Assembly (NCBI GenBank): GCA_951804945.1
Contig: OX638152.1
Coordinates: 72,478,001-72,542,000, forward strand
Length of the DNA stretch: 64,000 nucleotides
Source: Podarcis cretensis
Taxonomy: Eukaryota
Reading direction: 5' to 3'
Shown here: piece by piece, positions 51,619 through 63,856 of the stretch
How the letters are laid out: each line of letters begins with the position of its first letter
Position numbering within the stretch: position 1 is the stretch's first letter
The notes under the pieces: generated by a model
Told to the model about the DNA's origin: nothing
The model's database searches: none
The model's input: the letters and a program-made list of their open reading frames with translations, nothing else
Translations under genes and position numbers: made by a program

Positions 51619-51962
51619 ATGCATGCCAGAGGCACAGATAAATCACTTTGCTTAAAAGAAAAGGGGCAGTTGATCTATGTTAATAATGTTGCTGTAGTGT
51701 TTATGAGATATGAATAAGTAATACAAACAAAGACACTTCAATTACACAAATTTTTGCTGTTTTTCTTTGAACATATCCAAGGTTGAGCATTTACATCTTT
51801 CTAAGGTGGCACCTCCCATTATGAAATGGTACCCCAGATCAAATGCTTGATGAAAAACCAAACATACTTCATGTCTTGTTTCAGACACATCTCCCATTGA
51901 TCACATGCATATTTGAACTGGAATTAATTGAACCTTTGGTGCAATTGAACATTTTAAAACAA

Positions 51963-52092
51963 CAATGCCGAATCTGTGGCCCTCCAGAAGTTGCTGGACT
52001 ACAACTCCCATCATCCCTGCCATTGGCCATGCTGCCTGTGGCTTATGGGAGCTGCATCACAGTAGCATCTGGATGGCTAGTGTTTTCCCTTG
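51963..52092. mobile_element. Hairpin hAT-type MITE, degraded
   Basis: TGTGGCCCTCCAGA..TTGCTGGACTACAACTCCCATCATCCCTG...ATGGGAGCTG...CATCTGGA. Same family as 56506-56642. Confidence 0.7.
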
Positions 52093-54937
52093 TACATCCT
52101 GTGGAAAAGAACTGTGTAATGATGAGTGTCAGTGCCCGTTCCTTCTGCTCTCATTCTTTGTCCACTGTTTGTATTCACATATTGTTAAGCCAACACAAAT
52201 ATACATGCCAGCCCTATAGCAACTCAACCTGTACAACAATAAGTTTCTCCACCTGTTATATAAGCAGTAAGAAAGGGGCAAGGTTTTAGTAGAATGGTAT
52301 AGCCCTACTTTACTTTGTAGTGTGTTGCAGGTTTCTATTATCTCCAGAAGTCTTTTTTTTTTTTTAATGGTAAAATAAAATGCAATAGGCAAGCCCGTAA
52401 AATTACAGAATCACCTTGATCTCAGAGGACGGACTTTGATCTGAATGCAAAACTTGTAACTTTATGCCAGCGTTTATTAAAATTCGAGTTTATACTTAAA
52501 TGTTGGATTAAAAATTTCCTCAACACCACCATTTAATGTTATTCAAAATATTACTTTCCCTTTGAAGTTGAATTATACTAAGCCAGAGGTAGTGCCATGT
52601 TTTAATTAAATGCCCAGAGCTACTGTGGTATCAAGGACTGCATTTTAAAATTATACCTATGTACACCTTCAAAGTGTTTTTCTTTCTTTCTTTTCCTGTC
52701 TCATTGAAGCAGGGCTTTCAATAAAGCAGCACTTTTATGGTCCCTGAGTCACAGTAAAGCAACTCCTTTGTATAGCCCAATTACCTCTTTCTACCATTTT
52801 ACATGTTTTTTTCCTACCCTCCCACTGCATCAAATAGAGGTTCGTTTAAGGACAAAATGTGCCAGATGTTTCATGGTTTATTTTTCTCCTTAAAAAATGG
52901 TTTTCATTTTAAAGAAGGACAGGTAAATTGCTCCAATCACAGATGTGTTTCAGCATGTTACTCTTATACAGGTTTCAAGCTGAATCTAGGAGTAAGATTT
53001 TGTACCACTTATGTCATTGGGAATTTTAACCGTGCTTTTTAAAGGGTACACTTAAATGTACTATATTTTTGTTTGAAAGAACAGCAGCCAAGCAGGATCC
53101 TGATTGTGCATGGCAGTCCAGACCCACATTGAGGCCCAGTGCCAGTTTGCTGATAGAAATTGCCCTCCACCTATTTGCCCTCACATCTCTGGGGGGAAAT
53201 GACAGCTAGGAAGATTTGGGTGGGAAGCAGTTGATGGAGGCCCCTGATTATGAAGGGCTGCTTTCCTTGAAAAATAGAAGTGACATCTTAAGCACTCTTA
53301 AAACTGTGCGATGGATGCTCAGTATACTTTGGTTCTTATAGCATTATGGGCTAAGAGGAGGGAGGGGTAATGTACACTATCCTGAGCTCCTTGGAGGTTG
53401 GTGGGATGCAAATGAAATTGATAAAAGTCTCACCATGCATGACAACATTGGTTAAAACTGCTGCTCAGACTGTGTTACTGGCCACATCGGGATAACCAGG
53501 GTGTACGGACAAGGCCTGATTGTCAAATAAGTATTTCCAGGTTCTAATAATTTCAGAGTGCACATGGATGTTATATGGCAATGTCCATATAACAGAAACC
53601 TGGCCAGAAGTCTACAAAATTCCTTGGTCTCTGCAGCAGCTTGCGATTTAAAAAAGGAGCGCTTTTGTCTCTCTGGAGAGAAGCAGTGCTATTGCTGCGT
53701 GCCTTTGGAGAGACTGAACTCACTCCTAGACCTGCATTTTCATTTTGCCTCTTCTAAGCAGCTGAGGAACACCACTCCCACCCCCTTTCTTTCCTCTGAC
53801 TCCTTCCGCTGCCTTCAAAGCTGTTGAACTTTTACTTGTGGGAGAGTAAGAGTTCAGCCTTGTTGAGCTGCAGCCAAAGAGCAGGTCAGAGAGTTCGTTT
53901 CCCCTTCTCAGTCCTCCAGGTAGGCATTCATCCAGTTCGTCATCAAGAAGATCATTAAATTTTGTCTGCCCTGGATTCACTCAGGTGGACATCATCTGCC
54001 TGATGGAAGATATAAGGTTAATAAAGTCACCCCTCAATAATAAAATGCAGCTATGAATGCTGGCAGCAGTGAGGCTGCTTTTTAGTAACTGGGTGGAGTG
54101 CAGTAGCATCAGGTCTCTACAGAGCAGCTCATGGAAAACTGCTTGGATTCATCAATGCATCACTTACATTCTCAATGCATAGCAGGTTTTACTAATCAGG
54201 TACAGACAGTTACTATGTGAGGAGTTACTCCTTCTTTAAAATGTCCTTCATCGGCACATATATTTTTTTATAAGGTTGCTTAATTAGGAGTGGAAACAGA
54301 ATCACAGGTTGTCTCCAGACCATTACCATTTTGTGGGAGGGATTCAAGTACATACCATAAATTATATTTGTGGGTTAAAGCACACTGTAACACCAGCACA
54401 ACAAATTCACTTTTAAAAAAAGAATGGGACTTTTTTATGAATTTGAAAGGAACGGACAAATGCATTGAAAAGTGTGGGATGAATGGGTGGCTAATGGCAA
54501 GGTGTATAAACACGGCACAAGCAAATGCATGGCAACCATTCATTGTCTTATATCTGCCCCACAAACAAATCAGACCAAATGTTCACTAAGTACCAGTTTT
54601 GTGCAAAGGAAATCAGGATGAGTGCTCAATGAGCAGCTCATCTGAAGGAGCCTACAGACTTCTACTGCTATTGGGGGCCTGGGCACCCATAATTTTTGTT
54701 GTTGTGGGTGCTTGGCCTCCCTCTCCCTGCTGCTGCCACTGTGTGCCATGCACCACCCCTGACCACCACTGTGCCCAGCTCCATGCTGTCAACGCCAACC
54801 ACCCACCACCCACCACTCTATGTCTTTAAAAAACTCCACGTATTCATTTTGATAAATACTCCCCATGCTGTTTAGTAATCCTTATGGTTTAAAACATTTT
54901 TGTGCCTCTAATCTTCTAGGTAAAGATTGTTGGCATT

Positions 54938-55136
54938 TTCAAGTAGTGAAGTTAGGAGTGGAGAACCTCAGACTTGGGGTACAAATTCAGCCCTCTAGCA
55001 TCCTCTAAATTGCCCCGCTCCCCATTCTGCTCATCTTCAAGTAGTGAAGTTAGGAGTGGAGAACCTCAGACTTGGGGTACAAATTCAGCCCTCTAGCATC
55101 CTCTAAATTGCCCCGCTCCCCATTCTGCTCATCTTC
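54938..55136. repeat. Perfect 98-bp tandem duplication
   Basis: 54938-55035 is identical to 55036-55133, with TTC microhomology at the junctions. Confidence 0.95.
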
Positions 55137-55888
55137 CCTGAGTGCTTTTGCCTGGCTGAAAGATGGAAGAGTATGTGTGTTTGTGTGTGTGGAAACCTCT
55201 TAGCTTTGTGTGGCTGGAATGCAGCCTTCTGTACAACGGTTGCACCTGTCACACTGCTTCTGACCACTGAAAAATTGCTCAAGAGAATGTGGTCCTCATG
55301 GTAATAAATGTTCTCCAGCCCTGCCCTAAAGAGTTAAGATACTTGGTACCTTTCCCCTTCGGTTAGTGGAAGATTCTATAGAAATTCATGATTAGGTTCT
55401 CCTGCTGGACCATCTGACACATTCATCCTAGTTTTATGAGCAGAATGAAAAGGAACCTTGTCCATCTTCTACAATGCATGGAGCAAAACAGGTGTGGAAG
55501 ACCTCCCTGTAACTGATGCTCATGATTCTTCGGATAGTTTTCTTAGAAAACATGCTTCTTTCTGGCAATGATTCACACTCAGGAAATTATTTCACACTTG
55601 AGACCTACAAGATCAAGGAACACACTGTTCTTGGAAGAGAGAAGAGTAGTGAAAATTTTAGAGGTAAGTGGCTTTAAGCTATTTTAATTGTTGCCTAATT
55701 TTGCCATGTAAACTGCATTGTAAATGTTTTTTGTTGAAAGGCAGTAAAAATATTGCGAATGAATGAATAACAGAGTCTTAAAAAACCCAGGAACCAAGAA
55801 AATAACTAAGTTGTGGTTCCTTCAATAATTGATTCTAAAGAAGTTATTTCCTGATAGAGTAATGTTTTATTTAACTTGTGCAGTTACA

Positions 55889-56480
55889 TGTCAGGAGCCA
55901 AAGTCAGCTGTAGGTCAGCAATAAAAGCAATAAAAGAACACCGGTGTCAGCAAAGTTAACTCTTTATTCAAAAAAACTAAAAGTGTGCAGGCCTAGGGAT
56001 GCCAGCAACTCCTCTCAGTAGGTCTTGCAGTTGCAAAGACTGAAGGACTCTACCTTCCCATCCTCTCCAGGGTTTTTTCCAAGCAAGTGGAGACTGTGTC
56101 TGTGCACAACTAATATCTCCTCTGCTCTTTTCATTTCTCTGTGTGTTCTAGGAGACCAGGAGGAAGGGGAGCTGGTCGCAGAAGGAGAGGGAGATGCCCT
56201 GGCTTCTTCACCAGCCTGCCTCGTCTCTGGCCCCCTCATTTCCAGCCTCCACTTCTGCCTCTGATTCTGGACTGCTCTCTGCCACAGACTCTTCCTGTTC
56301 ACTAAACCCTGTTGCCTCTTTAGCTTCCAACACCTCCTCCTCCCAGTCTGCTCCCTCTCCTACCTCTCATCACTCACTGTTGTCCTACCACCAATTCCCT
56401 GGCTCTGAGCTTTCTCGCCTTAGGGGTTCCCCAGCTGGTTGCCTCCCACGAACTCCTCTGCATCCAGTCTATCCATGACA
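55889..56480 (-). mobile_element. Solo LTR (592 bp), probably Ty3/Gypsy-type
   Basis: Termini TGTCA...TGACA. Perfect 5-bp TSD TTACA (55884-55888, 56481-56485). AATAAA on the minus strand at 55963-55968. Confidence 0.8.
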
Positions 56481-56505
56481 TTACATTAGTTATATTCACT
56501 TACAA

Positions 56506-56642
56506 CAGGCAAAGGCAAACTCGGCCCTCCAGTTGTTTTGGGACTACAACTCCCATCATCCCTAGCTAACAGGACCAGTGGTCAGGGATGATGGGAATTG
56601 TAGTTTCAAAAACATCTGGAGGGTCAAGTTTGGAGATGCCTA
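56506..56642. mobile_element. Hairpin hAT-type MITE
   Basis: Whole-element palindrome (CCCTCCAG.TGTTTT...ACTACAACTCCCATCATCCCT / AGGGATGATGGGAATTGTAGT...AAAACATCTGGAGGG). 8-bp TSD ACTTACAA / ACTTACAG. Confidence 0.88.
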
Positions 56643-57783
56643 ACTTACAGCTTTACAAAACTTAGATCCTGATTAGTTCTCATATCAATGTATTTACAAA
56701 ACTAATTAGCAGCCTTGGCTGTTTTAAATGGAGTAAACCTATTCTAATAATTAAATAACATGCAAGGAAAAGAACAAAAAAATTCCCCGCTTTTCATTAT
56801 ACTAAAGAAAGCATGAGGTCACCGGGTGACATCATGAGGCTGTAAGGCTTTAAGGATAAAAAGAAGAGAGGAAGAATCATGTATTTCACCTCAAGCTCCT
56901 TGGAGCAAATGTGGAGTATAAAGGTCAGTTGTCTTTGGACACTGGTCATGATTTTTAAAAGTTATATAGATGTATGTGCAATGAGACCTCTATTTTCAAA
57001 CAGAAACCCCCAAACTACAAGAATTTTCAAAAGCAGGTTTGAAAGCCTTGCTGCCCCGCACAACCCCCAAAGCAGAATGCTAAATCAGCCGCTACTTATT
57101 ATGCTTAATACCAAATGTGCAAAATAGAAACCCAAATAGCTAGTTAAGACTACAACTGTGATACATTTTTTAAGCTATCTATGTATTCAGGCTATGATCC
57201 TAAACACATTTCTTTGGAAATTAGTTCCACAGAAATCAGTTTCCAGATACATGTGTTTAGGATCAGTGTGCTAAAATAATGATGATGATTTAATGACTTC
57301 ACTCTTCAGTAGTTGACCACCATTATTTATTACCTTGTACATCCCAAATTGATAGCTATGGTCAGCTGACAGGAAAATATGCCAAATCCCAGACCACATC
57401 TGAAATTGTGTTTTGAGCAGCGTCAACATTTACTTGGTCCCTAAGATTATACTCTTGCTTATCAACAGCCAAATTTTCATAGCAGATGTGACCATTATTT
57501 AAGACCCTTCATATTTGCCAAAATGCACATTTGGCGGAAACCTGCCTGTGGGATTGCTGCAATTGGGGGCTGGGCTGGGGAATCTGAAGCAGAGGTATAC
57601 TGTGCAACTATAGGGGTTTTCTCTTTTATATTTACTCTGATTTTCCTTGGTTTTGAATTCTTCTTTCTCAATAGGTTTTTTTAAAAGCAGTAGAATACTG
57701 CAGTTACAAGATTGGCACCATCTAAAATTATTGTTAATGAGGGGAAATGAAAATATGTATTAAGTGGACGGGGGACAACAACA

Positions 57784-57816
<33 letters not shown>

Positions 57817-57988
57817 TATTTATTTATACCCCACCCATCTGGCTGGGCCTCCCCAGCCACTCTGGGCGGCTTCCATAGAAACCAAAAATACAGTAAAATA
57901 TCACATGTTAAAAACTTCCCTGAACAGGGCTGCCTTAAGATGTCTTCTGAATGTCAGGTAGTTGTTTATCACTTTGACATCTGCTGGA
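57784..57988 (-). mobile_element. L2-type LINE 3' end with (TAA)n/(TAAA)n tail
   Basis: (ATT)n(ATTT)n, then ATACCCCACCCATCTGGCTGGG...CCCAGCCACTCTGGGCGGCTT stem-loop. The minus strand reads ...TFRRHLKAALFREVF, a typical L2 ORF2 end. Confidence 0.75.
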
Positions 57989-59810
57989 GCATTTGAAAAT
58001 GCTGAAGAGAATAAATGCCAGCTGACTTTATCCTTGAATAGATTATATATATATATTGCAAATTTATTTCATAGGGAAGGAGGTATATTATATGTTTTGC
58101 TAAATAGTCTTAAATGTATCTACTCAAGTCGGGGGGGGGGGGATACATCACCAGCAGTCAGAGAATTAAACTCCCATTTCCCAGTCTTTTGTATAGTACA
58201 AGTAGTAAATTCAGCCTCCTCAGCCTGAAAACACTTGCACAGAATTAATTTGTTTTCAAATCATTAATACAGTTTTTTATTTAAATGTATAGAATTGGGG
58301 TTAGAAGACATAAGCACAGATGAACTAGTTTGTTACTTCACATGTTCTGTAGCTGAACTTTGATGACAGCCAATGAGGTGTAGCAGCTAAACTGATCATC
58401 CTCAGATTGGGAAACCCAGGTTCAAATACCAATTCATTGACAAAGCTAATTAGAAAAGGCAACCTTGGGCAACTGAACAGTGAGGGCCCATACATAAGCA
58501 TGGCTGACACTACCTGCTGTTTATCTCCTCCCAGAATTGTCTCTTGGAGAGTTCTGAGGACTGAAGGATTAATCCTGAAAACACATTAACAAAGGAGAAA
58601 GCTGTATTGAACATGGTGGAAGTTGAGCAAACATGTATAGGATTCACATTGCGGGTTGCTTCTTTTCTTCCTTCTGCCCTTCCCATTTTACTTTTCATAT
58701 TAAAATCATTATTTTAAACTGTGAACCACTTCAAGGGCATTGGAAGAATGGTGGTATATCAACAAAGTAACTCAGCCAAGCCTACCACTCGAGGTTGTTA
58801 TAAGGTGAAGAATAAGTCCAGGGTTCTTTGTTTGTTTGTTTGTTGCTTTTAAAACAGATATTTCATTACCAACTTCTGTGGCTAAGTGCTAGTGAATCCT
58901 GGCACCAATTTAGGCTGCAATCCTAAATGCACATTTTAGAGAAGAAGTGTCATTGAACACCCTGGGACTTCCTTCCCAGTAAAAATGCATAGCTACATGC
59001 TATTAAAAAGTGGTAGCAAGGCAGGGCAGGGAGATTTGAAAGTTATATTATGAACAGACTGGAATCTCACACTCCGTAAATCCATTGCAAAGCCTTAAAC
59101 GTGCAGCATTTAACTGCAGAATTGCACTCAGCAAACACCAGGTGCAACCTAGCCAACAGGAAACTTAGGGATGTTCTCTCTTTTCTGCTGAACTCACTGA
59201 GGCTTAACTTTGGCTCTCCGCAGAAGTCATAAAGCATTTGGACACCTGAAAGTACTTTATATAATATTCATTTAACAATCCTCCTGACTGCTTAATTTTC
59301 CTCACAATTGCTTACAGTGAATACAAAGAGGTGGCTAAGCCTCATTATGCATTTGGCTTGGCTCATTAGGTCGGTCCAAAGTTTGCTTTCTCTGGCTCAA
59401 TTTCCCAAGTGTTTTGCATTAGGCAAAGAATTCCATACTTTGCATCCATCCACCGGTTTGTTTAAGAATTCATTTCAATTGCTTTTCCTTTGTCTGTGGT
59501 CATTCTCATGAAGAAAATGGAAATGCCATTCCTTGATAAGTCAAGCAAACCAATATCTTACACCTGACAGTGGCAAGTTGATATTATCTCTTGAAGACCC
59601 TTCCCTTGGGGTGCTTAAATGCTCTGACAATGGGGTCCATCAACAGCTGATTGCACCAGGTTAATTCTGTAAACGTGAGACAAGAGAAGTGATTGCATGG
59701 CATCCTTCTCCTATCTGGTGCCTCTCCAGATGTTTTGGACTACAACTCCCATCATCCCCGACCATTAGCTGTACTGGGTGGGGCTGGTGGGACAACTGGA
59801 GGATAGCAGG

Positions 59811-60621
59811 CATACCCACCAACAAACTTACCTCTGGATCCGACACATCAAAATGCTGGGGGTGGAAGCGACAGTGAGGAGTGGTGGCAGCAGTGCCACA
59901 TCTCTCCTCTACAGGTCTACAGTGCACTAGGGAGCTGTGGAGGCTGCTTCCTTGGTGCCAGCCCAGCACTGCCAGGTCTCAGCTCCACTCCCAGGTCAGG
60001 CCTGATTTGGAGGCGGAAGCAGTGGAGAGGAGGAGAAGCCGTGGTGGCAACACAACTGCACTTTTCCACTGCTGGGCTCCGGAACACAAGGGAAGTGAGG
60101 ACAACCCCTACGGGGACATCATCTGCACAGGGTAAGCCATGTTGGCAGCTCCTGCAATGGGTGTACCAGAGTTGCTGGTTCTGGCACATAACTGGGGGCT
60201 GAGCTTCAGTGGTGGCAGCCTTCCCTCTTCTGCCTGCTCTCCAGCAGCCACTACAGTGGTACCTTGGGTTAAGAACTTAATTCGTTCTGGAGGTCTGTTC
60301 TTAACCTGAAACTGTTCTGCTGTCGCGCAATTTCTGTTCTCATCCTAAAGCAAAGTTCTTAACCTGAGGTACTATTTCTGGGTTAGCAGAGTCTGTAGCC
60401 TGAAGCATCTGTAACCCGAGGTACCACTGTATAAGCTGCCAAAGGGAGGAGGCCGGCAGCAGTGGCTATGGAGAGGCTCATTCGGCTAATCCTCCTCCCC
60501 GAGCTTGGTGGTGGTGATTAGGGGTGGAAAGAAGCAGCACATTCCTGGATTGAAATGGAAGCTGGGAAGGGTTCTGTGAATCCAGGATGTCCCGCTAAAA
60601 TCGGGGCAGTTGGAAGGCATG
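59811..60621. mobile_element. Non-autonomous DNA transposon with CAT...ATG termini and 6-bp TSD
   Basis: TIRs CATACCCACCAAC / GTTGGAAGGCATG (10/13). Direct repeat AGCAGG at 59805-59810 and 60622-60627. Confidence 0.7.
60254..60429. mobile_element. Tc1/mariner-type MITE (internally deleted relative of 29943-30183)
   Basis: TA|CAGTGGTACCTTGGGTTA...TAACCCGAGGTACCACTG|TA. TIRs match 17/18. Confidence 0.9.
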
Positions 60622-61733
60622 AGCAGGTTCAGGAAGGCTATCATGTGGCAAATTGTGTGCAGGTAATCACAGCACACAGCAAACAGGCTGCAAGTCTGTA
60701 CCCGCTTACCTGGGATCAAGTTTTATTGAACTTTGTGGAACTTACTTTAGAGTAGACATGCACAGGAATGCACTATTAGTCCATGAAAACTGTGTTTTCA
60801 GAATGCAAATAGCAACAAAATGAACAAAATGAGTATGGAAGGAATGTCTTCCTATTCTAGCCGAGAACAGTGTCCTCTAGATTTCTGATATCCGTAGAAT
60901 GCCTGGCACCTCAATAGTCAACGTTTTTGAGAAAACTATCTGTAGTTCTACGACAGCAGTATAATGTAATAGAACAGGAAGTCACACTGTTACAGCTGTT
61001 GGCATTTCAGCCCCATCCTGGAACACCCAATTTCGGGGCAGCAAATTTTTGAACAGGGACAATTTACTTTTGTTTCATTTGGACTGGATGTAGCAGGATG
61101 TCTGATGCAGTTCCAGAAATCCCTGGTTCATGCTTTATAACTTAAATACCTTGTGCAAACTGCTTCTGCTTGTTCCTTTCCTGAATGTTTTCATTTTGCA
61201 TAATTTTAGGAATGAAGTGAAAAATAATAGTCAATATTAATGCTGCCATAGTTATTTCCAGTGATTATTAATTTTAAGACTTGCACTTTATAGCAATATT
61301 AAAGTGATTATATATATCTATATAGATATATAGATAGATAGATAATTCAATCTTATATTTCTGCAGTATAGCATTTATATAAGTGATATTGTTGACAACA
61401 CCTGTTCTGAATCTTTGTTCGTATGGATGTTGCTGCTGGCTGCAATTTTTTGCATAATAACCTATTTTCATTCAATCATCTGTTGAGATACTATTGCTTC
61501 CTCTACTCATTTCTGCTGATTTCTACTGTGTCCTTCAAATTTTACATAAACCATGACCTTGCTAGGTTACCTTAAACAAGAGAAATAAGTGCTGTTCTCA
61601 GGAGTATTCTTCAGAGAGTGAACGTGACTGCTCCCATGTGGACTTGAAGGGGTTGAAGTGATGACAAGGTTCTTTCTTTCTTTCGATAAAAAAAGAAAAA
61701 TGTGAAGGACCTCAGTCATATTATATTCATTTT

Positions 61734-61885
61734 CAGGGCTGGATTAAGACATGCAGAGTGCCTGAAAGATGTCATATTCATCTGGCCCCAAAGCTTTTAC
61801 CAAAAACTGTGTATTCTTATGTACTTGAGTAAAATTTGAAATTCTTTTTCGTAGCTTACTTGGCTTGTGTATAAATCTGGCACTG
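61734..61885. mobile_element. hAT MITE
   Basis: TIRs CAGGGCTGGATT / AATCTGGCACTG. 8-bp flanks TTCATTTT / CTCATCTT (6/8). Confidence 0.6.
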
Positions 61886-63264
61886 CTCATCTTATGTTTT
61901 AAGCTAACATCTCCATTTCTTGAAAAGTCTTAAAAAATCTGACTGTTGACTAAAGATTAATACAAATTTCAGGAAGCTTTTTTACCCTACCTACCCCCCT
62001 CCCAAAAAAACCCACCTTACTAAGCATTAGCTGCGATCAAGTCTCATTCAAGGTCACAGCGACCTTGTTTTGCCAAGCTAGTTCCACTATCAAAGCAACA
62101 TTCTTATCCCCATAATGTAAAACATATAGACTGCATTCTGGCCTTAATCTGTCTTGGGGTTTTTTAAACGGGTCCTAGGTTTGAGAGCTATTGGAAGCCA
62201 TGAATAAATTGTGAACATTACCTCAGATATGGCTCATAGCTCTGGAGTGAAAGGCTCATTTTTTCAGAGAATGAAGACTTGTGAAAGGCAAAGTGAAGGG
62301 GTCTTCCAGCCACCTGCTTGCAGCACATTCATCAAGTTATAATATACACTGTTTTGGGGTGGGGGAAAGCTGACCATATGAAGTCAATATCCCGACTAGA
62401 CTTTGTCTCATTTGGGTAGGACAAAGAGAATACGCTCAACTCTTGGCAAGTAGCAGCCGCCTTTACAACCTACATATATAAATATTGCCTAGCCATGCAT
62501 GGGCCTAAAGTTAACTGGATCCACAAAACAGTTTACATATTTTCCTTGGCATTAAGCATCTTGTTCCACACTTCCATGTATAATCAAATACAGTATTCAC
62601 ATTTAGAAAAACACATGCTCACTCCTGTCCAGATCCCATCTTTTAAGTTTTATATAAATAAAGCCTGGTGTTTAGTTTGAAATCGAAATCAGAATTCCTG
62701 TTAATATTAATCCAAAGTGTGTTCTTGGAACAACAGAATGGAAAACTGGAATAAAATCTTCATAATTCAGAATTGGGGATCTTTGGCTGTGATCTGCATC
62801 CACTATCCCTTTTCAAAATGGCTTTGGGGTGTGTTTACATATTAAGATTTGGATGTGCCTTTCTCTAAACCATCATTTGCCATTCTGAATATCACCAGTA
62901 ATGAAATAATGTTCACATGACAATCATACATAACTTTTCTTTTAGCACACACAGATGTAATTCTAGGCAACTGTTAGTTCTGCAAATATACCTTCTGGGG
63001 GCACCATGAATACCTAATATGAAAAACAGAATAGAGCAACTTATCTGGGAATCCAGGCATTGACAAATTTAACAGTCATTTCAAAAAATAAAATAAATAT
63101 CTGTAATGTACAGTCTGTCATTTTGTGGGAGGAAATCATACATAAGGGTTTTGTTGTCATTGGTGAAGCTGTTATTGAGCTGCTCTCAAGACTAGCAATA
63201 GAAAAGTCAGGATAAGATTACAGTCTTAAGTTTTCAGGGTAGGTGGGTGGGTAGGCTTTGTATA

Positions 63265-63856
63265 CAGTCAAACCTTGGTTCCCGAATGGCTTAGTTGCTG
63301 AACAAATTGGCTCATGAACGCCGCAAACCCGGAAGTAAGTGTTCTGGTCAGTACTGGATTTACGTATGAGCTAAACAAGCTATAGCTTAGGGCCCCACTC
63401 TCTTGGGGCCCCCCCAAAAAAAAATTAAAGGAAGAAGAAAAACTGGATGTACATTTCCAAAATATAAGATAAAAAAACAAATAAAATAAAACCGACACAC
63501 AGCAACAGTGTTTGGTGTTGTGTAGGCTCCTACTTGTTATGTGCAAATGGCTTTAGATACCTTTTTGGTCCCCAAATTACCATATAGCCTATATTCAACA
63601 CAAAAAACAGCGACAATTTGTTGTTGACAAATGACAGCTGGACATTACCTTCAGTAGCTTAGGGCCTCATCAAACCTAAATCTGGCCCTGGGTCTGGTTT
63701 TTAAACATTTTTTGGAAGCCAAATATCTGACGCAGCTTCCGCTTGAGTGCAGGAAGCTCCTGCAGCCAATCGGAAGCTGCGCCTTGGTTTTTGAACAGTT
63801 TCAGGAGTCAAATAGACTCCCAGAATGGATTAAGTTCAAGAACCAAGGTACGACTG
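63265..63856. mobile_element. Tc1/mariner-type MITE interrupted by a hAT element
   Basis: TA|CAGTCAAACCTTGGTT...AACCAAGGTACGACTG|TA (14/16). Colinear with 2644-2894 once 63349-63690 is removed. Confidence 0.85.
63349..63690. mobile_element. hAT non-autonomous element nested in a Tc1/mariner MITE
   Basis: TIRs CAGTACTGGATTTA / TAAATCTGGCCCTG. 8-bp TSD GTTCTGGT / GGTCTGGT (7/8). Confidence 0.82.

Larger units (their letters stand above)
59701..60640. mobile_element. Hairpin hAT-type MITE split by nested insertions (outer element)
   Basis: Left part CATCCTTCTCC...TCCAGATGTTTTGGACTACAACTCCCATC...CTGGAGGATAGCAGG (59701-59810). Right remnant AGCAGGTTCAGGAAGGCTA (60622-60640). Flanks TTGCATGG / TCATGTGG. 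Confidence 0.7.

Noticed and set aside
53726-53980. Minus-strand ORF with protein-like acidic stretch (DLLDDELDECLPGG)
   Set aside because: No family recognised, a non-ATG start and no clear splice context. TBLASTN/BLASTX would be needed to exclude a pseudogene fragment.
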